This document shows, one piece after another, positions 55,303 through 64,000 of a DNA stretch of 64,000 nt. How positions within the stretch are numbered: the first letter of the stretch is position 1; each line of letters opens with the position of its first letter. This DNA is from Corallochytrium limacisporum Hawaii (Eukaryota; Protista; Pluriformea), in contig PDIP01000022.1 in NCBI GenBank assembly GCA_002811645.1, positions 107,417 to 171,416 of the forward strand, given 5' to 3'. The notes below the pieces were generated by a model. It was not told the DNA's origin and searched no databases. It saw only the letters and a list, made by a program, of their open reading frames with translations. The position numbers and the translations under genes were made by a program.

Positions 55303-55401
55303 TCAGGCCGCAATGCAGCATGCACAGCCGAAGCAAACAAGGATCGCTCCTAAGCAGGCTGCGATCAGCTTGAAGGGTGCAAGGATGATAGTCTTAAGCA
55401 T
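55303..55401 (-). CDS. Cys-rich hydrophobic microprotein B, 32 aa: MLKTIILAPFKLIAACLGAILVCFGCACCIAA
   Basis: ATG in CAATCAAAAATG context within track ORF 55303-55494; paralogous to 52859-52954. Confidence 0.8.
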   Translation of the reverse strand: MLKTIILAPFKLIAACLGAILVCFGCACCIAA

Positions 55402-55498
55402 TTTTGATTGTTTTTGTGTTCTTGGATTGTAAGATAGTATTTCTGTTCTCTTGTGAATGACTCCCGCTGGCAATATCAGATTCATGAAACGCACCTAT

Positions 55499-55510
55499 CT
55501 TAAATACGTT
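55499..55510 (-). promoter_or_regulatory. TATA-like 12-mer AACGTATTTAAG upstream of microprotein B
   Basis: Identical to 53049-53060. Confidence 0.6.
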
Positions 55511-58386
55511 TCTGCTCCCGTCATTCGAACTCGCAAATTTACAAACCGCGTGACGCCTTGCGCCACAAGCATCCACCTCATCCTCTGGATAGCGCAATGT
55601 CCTGCCAACCGTCCAAGATAACAATTATGCACACATTGGACTGCATACTCGCGTTGTTGGAGTCGTTCATGCACTCGTAGGCCCTACCCCTACCAACGAA
55701 GGATCCTTCCTAAAAGAGCAGCTCCTGAAATTCTCGCCTGTCTTTCCTTTACCTAAGGACACCCACACACCAACAGGGTCGCAAGATTGGCTCCCCCCTC
55801 TTTTCCTAGTGGGATCCTTGCCCCCCCCCCTCCCCTTTCCCCCTCGGAAATCTTTTTCGCACAAAACAGCTTAGTACGTTCTGCATATTTTTCTGGCAGT
55901 TGGGGGTTCAAGTGTGTATGAAGGTTTGCTAATGATGTAATCCAAAGGGCGGCATGGGTTTGGTATTGGGAAAATATATCGGGGGTGTCGATGCATTTTG
56001 TAATTGGGAGTTTGTCGATTCTCCCGTGTCCCAGGCATGGACGAGTTTTGGGTATGGTAGATGGCTCTTCCGTATTGCACCAGCTGCTGTCTGCTGTGTT
56101 TTGGATCTTAATTCACTGCATTGCTTGGGTGATCATGGCGGTTGAAAATCATTCGCGGTGGCGGCGCGGTACACACTTGCCAAGATTTTGTGTGATGTGC
56201 GGGTTTCTTGCCCACAAACTTTTTAGTTGTGTATGTATGCCCGCCGTGCCCGTTCCAAATTCCACACACACACACCAACTCGTCAAGCTCACATCCCCGA
56301 AGAAAAGATTTTGTTGCGTTGTCCATTTCTACCTCTGCGTGGATGAAATTGATGTGAAAACATCGAGGTACTAAGCAGATCATTGCATTCGAAAATTCTT
56401 GGAATTTCGGTGGGGTTGTTACACAGCTGCACATTTTCAGGCTATGCCCGGTGTACCCAGGCCACAACGCTTGTGTGGCCCCCCCCCCCCCGACCTGTGC
56501 GGTTGATTCATTCAGTCTCCCCCGCTTGGCCCACCCACAAACCCAACGCAATCCACCCAGGAAACAACCGGGACCCAACTTTCCAAGAATGGCAAGGCTT
56601 AGCCCACCAACCGATTTTCTCTTGCCAATAATTTAGGTATTATATAGCCCCTGTCTCACTTCCACGTCCTTTCCATTTACCTCTTGGCGTTGTGCTTATT
56701 TGTACAGAATCGAACCCGACGGGAGGGCGCGATGAAAGAAAACATAATACTGTGAGAGGGCTGTGAGTACGTATAGAAGGGAAAAAAAATACTTCCTGGT
56801 CTCCCTTGGCCCAACTTCAGAATATACCTAGCCGTACTACCGGGCGAAGAAATATACTTCGCCCGCTCCCACAATTTTTTTCTCCCCGCCGGTAACTTCC
56901 CTAGCGAAACCAAGAGTTGCTGGGAATCCATATGATTTGATTCATTTGATGATATTTTTATGACAGCCCCGGTTCCATCAACCAGAGACCTGTTGCGGCC
57001 TCTCTCCGGAATGCCCCGGCAACGGTCAGCCTTGCAGTTCAGTACTACCTTCAACACTGCAGATCGTTCACGATTGGCATGCCACCAGAGGAATACTGTG
57101 ATGCGTCCCCTCTCGTTATAGATGCTGTCCGTTTTGATCGATCTCAGCGAGCCATGCGGGAATACCTTGTCCAGATCGCCGCGAATCCATGTACATCGAC
57201 CTTGAGTACCTCGTAGCACGGCTAGATCATGGGTTCCCCACCGTCTCAATCCGTGTTCTAATCAGCCCCCTCCAACTGCGGTAGCGAATGGACTGGCTTT
57301 TTGGACAGTCCTATATTTTGACTATGACCTGGTCCGTCTCAGCAGGCGTGTCTATTTAACAAATCTTAGGAAGGGAGGTTGGCGGCCAACCACACACCAG
57401 CGGATGAGCGCATAGTTGCAAACTTCCGTCCCCCAGTATATTTATTATGACGACGTTGCATAACCAAATTGATAGGTCACAACACCAAGGTCTGGGAAGG
57501 CGCATGGACTTGTGGACTATTGTGAAAGTGTACGGTATCTCCGTTGGGGACTCGAAAGTCTCCCTTCACTTCTGGCAGTTTCGATAGGTCACATACTCCG
57601 CGTGCCGGAGGAAGGGTCTATCGCGTCCGAAGCAGAGTTTAGTACTGAATGTATGGGGAATAGTGAGACATCGGGTGCGATTCCGGGCCCCGGTTGGGCA
57701 CCAAACTCGAGGTGAGACTACGAAAAAGTTAATATACACCACTAGAGAACATAAGATCAATATATTACATATGGCAACCCAAATGAGGGAAGAATGAGAC
57801 ACCTATCCATCGATAATGACTTGGGTCCCTACCATTTCCTTTCGCAACGTTGGTCCCGCCATGGAAGATTCCTATACTGAATGAATGGGGCGGGTTCGGC
57901 TGCGGGGCACGGAAGTGCGGAGCCCGGTGCGGGAAGAGGAAGATCTCAGCCCGCCCGCGCCGCTGCCGCTTGGTTGGTGGACGGCGCGGCTGAATAGAGC
58001 TTGTCACCTTGTTGAGCTGGAAGAACGAGTCTTAGGTGTCTCTTAAGTCTAAATGCCTTCTGTTCCGCAAAATTACTCAAATTCGATGCTCATGCTTCGA
58101 GTCTGGTTCCTTGGTTCGTGGAACGTAGACTTCTGTCCAACGAAGACGCCCTTTGGCCATAGTCATACTTTGTTTGCAGGTATTTTAACAATCTGGCGCC
58201 TCGACATACTGTAGACATCGGGTTTCGTATAATGGGACTCTTCATTGTGGCCAAGGTGCTCGGATCTAAAAAAAAATGGGCACATGATAGTACGTTAAGA
58301 AACTGTTAAGACTTTCGTATAGCATGGCAAGCGTGTAAGGAAAAACAAAACACCTGATTTTCCGAAGGTTGTAGGCAACTTTCAAG

Positions 58387-60633
58387 ATGAATCGACTTCC
58401 AACATTTTCTAGCTTCGGAGCGATGGATGATGATCGCCTGCGGGATTCACCGGGTCTTCGGCTTCGTCAACAGCGGTCAGGGCCCCTCTATGAATCACCG
58501 TCCATGAGCCCTAGTCATGACAGCTTAGGAGCTAGGCAGGTGTCGTCTCGCCATCAACGGCCGACGTCCCGCAGGCAGGTGAGTGACAGAGTGACTCCGA
58601 GGCCTTCACCATTGGCAAGAGCGAGTCAGTGGAGTAGTGAGCCGGGCAGAGCTAGCGATTCCACGGATTCACCTGATGATAATGAGGATAACCGGTCTCT
58701 CATGACAAATCCAGACGAGGACGAAAATGCCCAAGACCTGGCAAGTGATTCCACCGCCACCGATGCGGATGAATCCTACGAGTCCTCTTCGTATTCACAG
58801 GCATCATACTCCGAAGCTAGCGCGGACGAAGAAATGTTAACTATTAACATTCCAAAATCTAAAGTCAGCATCGATCCGCAAACAGGGGAAGAAATTCTGA
58901 GTTTGCAGGCAGTAGAGCAGGTTCTCTTCAAGCTGGGTATTTGGGATAGTGCAGTAGACGAACTGCCGCGGACAAGACGCATGCTTCAGCGGCATCTTCG
59001 CCACCAGTGGCGCTTACGGGACCCAAACTCGGATCTGAGATTGGAAATCATGGATGATAAGGAACCACTTCTTGAAGATGATGAAAAGGCAGCTGCAAAG
59101 GCAGGTAGCGTAATGGAGATTGAGGTCGAGAGGGAGGTGAAGCACATTCCTCACCAACACATTCCCCATCAGCATCGAAAACGTCGCCGCCATCATGCAA
59201 CTCGACCAAAGCGTTTCAGAAAGAAACTGGAACTCCGCGAGGATATCGGACACAGTCGGCAAGCTACGTGGCTTGAACTCTTCTTTGACGTATTCTATGT
59301 TACAGTCGTCGGTACGTTGACCCATGATGTACAGGAGAGCAATTGGGAGTCAATGGCAAAGTTTGCTCTTCTCTTCTGGGCCATTTGGTTAACTTGGGTT
59401 TCTCATACTTTATATGCCAACCGTTTCGATACGGACGATGTTGTGTACAGACTCATCGTTCTGTTGCAGATGATGGCCTTAGCCGGCATGAGCATGGGGG
59501 TCGACGATTTCTTCAGTTCTCAAACAGACAACCTGCTCTTCTCTGCATCCTACGCCTTGTTCCACTTTGCCATGGTAATTGACTACTGCCTGGTCTTTGC
59601 GTTTGTCCTTGGAGTGCGCATGGCTGCCTTGGTACTGATTCTCGGCCACTCTTTCTGCTCTGTCATGTGGCTCATCTCCATGTTTAATGTGAGCGACGTC
59701 TTTTCCTACATTTTCCAAATCATCGGTCTCTCTGTATTGGTCATTGCCTATGTTCGTCCAAAGCGTAGTCGTTTGCTGCCTTTTAATGCACCACATCTGC
59801 CTGAGCGATTCGGTCTGTTCAGTATCATTGTCCACGCCGAATTGGTCATTGGTACAACAAGCGAAATTGCTGACGTCGACGCCGTCAGTCCGAAAATTGC
59901 CTTTGTTGGCGCATTGTTTCTGGCGTTGTCGTTTTCTCTGTGGGGTATTTACTTTGATGACTTCCGCGAAGAAGACATCTTTGCCTATCCGATCTCCAAG
60001 CAGCTATGGGTATGGTTTCATGTGTTCTTCCACGGAAGTGTGGCCTACCTTTCTAGCCAGAGCATTTTGCTCATTGCCTTGATTATTGAGAGCGAAACCT
60101 CTGAAGTCTGTCGTCGTGCCACCGGTGAGATTTGTAGGCGTGCTGGTGGTTCCACGGGCAGCCTAGATCCCGTAGAAACGCGCCGGTTCTTTTTCATTGG
60201 TGCCGGTCTTCTTTTCTTCTGCGAGGCTGTCCTTAAAACTATTGGTATCTTTGTCACCTCGTATGAGGCGAAGCATTGGAACGACAGCCCTATCCGTGGA
60301 ACGGTCATCGTCGGTGCCCGTCTGCTCGCCGCCCTTACTATGTTCATCCTCTCTGGCTTCACTGAAGACATGGGCAATGGGGGTGCGGTTGGAATTGTCA
60401 CAGGCGTTACCATTGGCCTTGCACTGCTCAACGTGATTGTCCGCTACCAAAGCCGTCAGCCTGGACTAACTGTGACCGTGGATGATAACAATGCCCTTCA
60501 GGTAGTGGAGTGGACGTATGAGCCTCCTCAGGGCACCAAGGACCTTCATGCAGTCTCTGTGTACACTGAGGCCGTCAAATTGAACAACGATCGCAAACTG
60601 CTGGACGGTTTTGTGACCGAAATGGAACTCTGA
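58387..60633 (+). CDS. LtrA (low temperature requirement A)-like multi-pass membrane protein with long disordered N-terminus (748 aa)
   Basis: ATWLELFFDVFYV, W..W.....YANRFD.DD, HLPERFGLFSII; many TM segments. Confidence 0.85.
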   Translation: MNRLPTFSSFGAMDDDRLRDSPGLRLRQQRSGPLYESPSMSPSHDSLGARQVSSRHQRPTSRRQVSDRVTPRPSPLARASQWSSEPGRASDSTDSPDDNEDNRSLMTNPDEDENAQDLASDSTATDADESYESSSYSQASYSEASADEEMLTINIPKSKVSIDPQTGEEILSLQAVEQVLFKLGIWDSAVDELPRTRRMLQRHLRHQWRLRDPNSDLRLEIMDDKEPLLEDDEKAAAKAGSVMEIEVEREVKHIPHQHIPHQHRKRRRHHATRPKRFRKKLELREDIGHSRQATWLELFFDVFYVTVVGTLTHDVQESNWESMAKFALLFWAIWLTWVSHTLYANRFDTDDVVYRLIVLLQMMALAGMSMGVDDFFSSQTDNLLFSASYALFHFAMVIDYCLVFAFVLGVRMAALVLILGHSFCSVMWLISMFNVSDVFSYIFQIIGLSVLVIAYVRPKRSRLLPFNAPHLPERFGLFSIIVHAELVIGTTSEIADVDAVSPKIAFVGALFLALSFSLWGIYFDDFREEDIFAYPISKQLWVWFHVFFHGSVAYLSSQSILLIALIIESETSEVCRRATGEICRRAGGSTGSLDPVETRRFFFIGAGLLFFCEAVLKTIGIFVTSYEAKHWNDSPIRGTVIVGARLLAALTMFILSGFTEDMGNGGAVGIVTGVTIGLALLNVIVRYQSRQPGLTVTVDDNNALQVVEWTYEPPQGTKDLHAVSVYTEAVKLNNDRKLLDGFVTEMEL

Positions 60634-61633
60634 GCACACGACTCTTCTGCTATGCTCTCCTCTATCTGCCATTTCAGCATGTTCACCATATCATACACTT
60701 TTTGAAATCCTTTAGAATTACAATGTTATTAGAGCACATACCCTCACCTCCCGACTCAGCACCCGCAACCGTAATCCTTGACTTGAACATTTGGCTGACC
60801 CTTCCCCACCGCTGCTATTTCCTCCCCGTGGCAATCAGGGCGACCCACCCTCCGTCGCTCCCTCCCGTCCGTGGTTGCCTGGCAAAAATTCGGGGGTCGG
60901 TGGGTCTCTCTGCTGTTTGGAAGGGGGGGGGGATTGCTGGGTTGGTTTTGTCATTGGGCCACTCAAGGCCTGTTTGGCCGTGTGGCCGAAATTCCCATAG
61001 TCCGCGGAAATATAGTGGAGAATGTACACAGAGCTTGGTTGGCTGGCCTGGGTGGTTCGCTCGGAGGGGGAGACAACTACCCGAGGGTAAAGGGCATACC
61101 AGACCAGTAAGAAATGACGGAGAGGGAGGCGAGAAGCAAACTAAAAAGCGCGCGCTTTGTTTGAGTGAGGGACAGTGGATCCGAAAGGAAACAAAGAAAA
61201 GAAACTGAGAGAGATCGCACGGCGGTACCAAGCGAAGGGTCTCAACAAACAGAGACGACTGGGGAAGCGCGGTCGTTAGTCGCTGGTGGCTCGGTGGACA
61301 GAGATTGGTTCTTTTGGGGTTCTATTTTCTGACGCGTCGTGCAATGCAGTACCATTCTGAATGTATTTTACAGAGACTTGTTGGATGCCTCTTGCAATAA
61401 TGCCAAACTCTGCGAAACACACAGGAAATCATATTGGTATTTTTGGAGTGAGGACAGGTTTAAAGGGCTTAACTCTGTTGTCAAGGTGAAATAGAGAGCC
61501 AGAGATCCGGAAAAAGTTGACTAAAGAAATCAAAAAGTGAATAGAATTCGAGGGCTGGGAATGACTAGGTCAGTTGCATTAAGAAGCAGAGAAGGTTAGA
61601 GCATTCGTCCCCAGCAAGAACTCTCATCCAAAC

Positions 61634-63757
61634 ATGCCAGCTGTGGAGCTGGAAACAGAAACAGTGGGCCAATTGCCCCTGAGCCAACGCGGCATTAAAT
61701 ATTTTGTACGTCACGCTGAAGAGCTCCTGGGTCGGATAGACCATGAAACCGGTCACGGTGCGGGCACTGATAACCTTGAAATTGAATGGGATCTGTTGAA
61801 TCAGGAAGGTCAACAGGTTCGGAATTTGGAAATGTACGGTACGTCGGAAGCGCGACTGGACTGCAATCGATGGAAGAACCGGGCTCAAGGCATTCTTCCC
61901 TTTGACCACAACCGTGTTGTGCTTTCACCAGTGGCTGGCCAGGAGGGCAGCGATTACATTAATGCCAGCCTCGTCCAGGACCCAGACGGTCATGTGGCCT
62001 ATATTGCTTCCCAGGGGCCTCTGTACAGCACTGCAGATGATTTTTGGCGAATGATCTGGAGCTACGATGTCGGTCTTATTGTCTGCCTTACAGAATTACA
62101 GGAAAATGGGGTTCGAAAGTGCGCACAGTACTGGCCCGACCTGAAGGAGTCCAAGAAATTCGGCGGCTTGAAAGTTACGTGCAAAAAGGAGGCCAGGAGA
62201 AAGGACTACACTGCGTGGCGGTTGCAGCTTCGTCTAGGTGCCAAACTACGCAGTGTGTGCCTTCTGATGTACACGCAGTGGCCTGACAACGGCATGCCGT
62301 ATAGTGTGCCTTCTTTCATGAATCTGTTGGAGACTGTGCGCCGGGTAATGTCTGAGGACATGGAGAAGACACCAGTGGTGATCCATGACAGTCTGGGCAT
62401 TGGGCAGACAGGCGTTATGTGCGCGATTAACATCATCGTCAGTGAACTCGAGCAACATGGAAGTAGTGCAGAGATTGACGTGTACAAGACTGTTCGGGAA
62501 CTCCGGGAATCCAGAATGCAAATGGTACAAACCAAAGAGCAATATGGTTTTATTTATGAAGTAGTTCTCAGGCTCCTGCAGGCCAATTTCGCGGCCCTGG
62601 TAGAAGAGGCCGAGTTCGGTTTCAAGAAAGCTCACCACGTGCCGACCACAGGAGATGGATACGATACCATGCGCTCGAAACTCGTTCCACAGCCCATGCG
62701 ACCGCCTCCTCCGGAGATCCAACCTGAGGCCGACATACAAGCGCACCAAGAAACCATGGAACGCACGGGGTCGTGGGTGGAGGAACATTTTGCCTCTGAG
62801 CGTGTGGAGCCGCGTTTGCCAAAGAGAGGTACGTACCGTGCCCGTCCCAGTGGCAGTGAAGCCTTCCGGAAAAGTCTTCGCAGGACGCACTCGGAAACCA
62901 AACAGAAAGATTTGGAGCAACTGCAAGCCCGCCGTCTCTCCGCCCCTGCCCGCCCGCCCCCACCAAAGAATGTACCCTTGGATCTTGGACTCAAGATGTC
63001 GCAGCGTCCATCGATGAAAGTTATTGTGCCTGCAAAGTCGCACAAAAGTGTCACATTCACCTCCGGTGCTCAAAAAGGAGACGATGATGCCGCAAAGGAA
63101 GCGCTTCTCGCAGGCAAAAGTATAGGGTCATACAAAGTGTCGGAGATGCGGTCACAAACTCAGAACTTGACAGCCGACCCCAAGTTCACCAGTGTGACAT
63201 CCATGCCCCCCACAGAGACCAGCCTGGAACATTGTGCTCCACCACCAAGTGCGCCTCTGTATCGCGGTCTGAGCCTGCTTAGTACAAATTCAATTGAAGT
63301 GCCTGGATACGTAGGGTCTGAGACCAAGGGCACAGCTCTGCCCACTGCTCAGCCGCTGGATCAAAAGAAGAACGGTGGGGGCTGGATCAAGCGGGTCTTT
63401 GGTGCTGGTAAGAGACGGTCCAGCGTGCAACCTGCGTCTTCCGGAAGCAGAAGAAATAGCATAATTGGAGGCTCTCTCCAAATGCAGATGGCCCCAGCAA
63501 TCCTGGAAGAGATGCCCCCGCCTCCAAAGCCTCTTTCGCGTGACCACAGCACAGCTTCGCTGATGCGAGGCCCACGTAAGATGCCATTTGCACCGCATGT
63601 ATCGAAGACAGACCAATTGGCCAATGAATTGGCCCAACAACAGCATGGAGATCAACACGTCGTCGACGACTACGACGACGACGACGAGGATGGGGAAGTA
63701 GACCATGAGCAGTACCTCATGAATCAGCTCGGAAGAGGCGCACCAGACTCGGATTAA
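61634..63757 (+). CDS. Non-receptor classical PTP-domain protein, predicted pseudophosphatase (707 aa)
   Basis: KNR..ILPFDHNRV, DYINAS, YIASQGP, DFWRMIW, KCAQYWP, WPDNGMP, MVQTKEQY; P-loop reads HDSLGIGQTG. Confidence 0.92.
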   Translation: MPAVELETETVGQLPLSQRGIKYFVRHAEELLGRIDHETGHGAGTDNLEIEWDLLNQEGQQVRNLEMYGTSEARLDCNRWKNRAQGILPFDHNRVVLSPVAGQEGSDYINASLVQDPDGHVAYIASQGPLYSTADDFWRMIWSYDVGLIVCLTELQENGVRKCAQYWPDLKESKKFGGLKVTCKKEARRKDYTAWRLQLRLGAKLRSVCLLMYTQWPDNGMPYSVPSFMNLLETVRRVMSEDMEKTPVVIHDSLGIGQTGVMCAINIIVSELEQHGSSAEIDVYKTVRELRESRMQMVQTKEQYGFIYEVVLRLLQANFAALVEEAEFGFKKAHHVPTTGDGYDTMRSKLVPQPMRPPPPEIQPEADIQAHQETMERTGSWVEEHFASERVEPRLPKRGTYRARPSGSEAFRKSLRRTHSETKQKDLEQLQARRLSAPARPPPPKNVPLDLGLKMSQRPSMKVIVPAKSHKSVTFTSGAQKGDDDAAKEALLAGKSIGSYKVSEMRSQTQNLTADPKFTSVTSMPPTETSLEHCAPPPSAPLYRGLSLLSTNSIEVPGYVGSETKGTALPTAQPLDQKKNGGGWIKRVFGAGKRRSSVQPASSGSRRNSIIGGSLQMQMAPAILEEMPPPPKPLSRDHSTASLMRGPRKMPFAPHVSKTDQLANELAQQQHGDQHVVDDYDDDDEDGEVDHEQYLMNQLGRGAPDSD

Positions 63758-64000
63758 AGCAAATTACCTCTAGTGAGATCGATACTATGGAAAATGAATC
63801 ACAAACTGCATCACCAGGAACCGTCGCAACCAGCCAAGGCTATTTTTTCCCCTTTCCCGCGGGGGAGGTGTTTCGGGGCCTTTTATTCGTTTGGTTGCTC
63901 TCGTACCCCGCCCTGTCCAACATATTTCGTACTATCCTCTGCGTCGAAATATTGCTCCAAATCACATTTAATCAACCGGAATAAGGAGGGAGGGAGAAAT

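Noticed and set aside
56061-56111. Tiny Cys-rich ORF MALPYCTSCCLLCFGS near the microproteins
   Set aside because: Lacks the family signature and the shared flanking motifs; could easily be chance
56677-57249. 190-aa minus-strand ORF
   Set aside because: TTG start, no motif or protein-like composition

Overview
Gene-dense, nearly intron-free eukaryotic nuclear DNA. The gene content (SZT2, HID1, ABITRAM, PPP2R3C, MED24-like, CHIC/Erf4-like, a classical PTP domain) points to a unicellular relative of animals. An intron-poor holozoan such as Corallochytrium would fit, but this is inference. Recognisable genes in order: AlaRS, PAP2-superfamily membrane protein, CHIC/Erf4-like protein, two tRNA-Asp(GTC) genes plus a 3' half copy, synaptojanin, Mon1, a hypothetical secreted protein, SURF1, ABITRAM, PAN3, a hypothetical protein, PP2A B''gamma, MED24/Med5, an alpha/beta hydrolase, SZT2, a spliced mitoribosomal bL31m-like gene, HID1, IMP2, an LtrA-like membrane protein and a pseudo-PTP. 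The main finding is in the apparently empty 6 kb at 52.2-58.4 kb. It holds two paralogous minus-strand microprotein genes (31 and 32 aa) sharing PFK-x4-C-x-GA-x3-C-x-GC-x2-C-x-AA*. Both end in a CaaX-like box, differ by synonymous changes, share a TATA-like 12-mer about 100 nt upstream and share two 3' blocks. Also notable: genome-encoded CCA on the tRNA genes, only one convincing coding intron (in a ribosomal protein gene), a Cys->Asp/Arg->Gln dead PTP, and poly(C)/poly(G) tracts upstream of most genes. Family assignments rest on recalled motifs; no searches were run.
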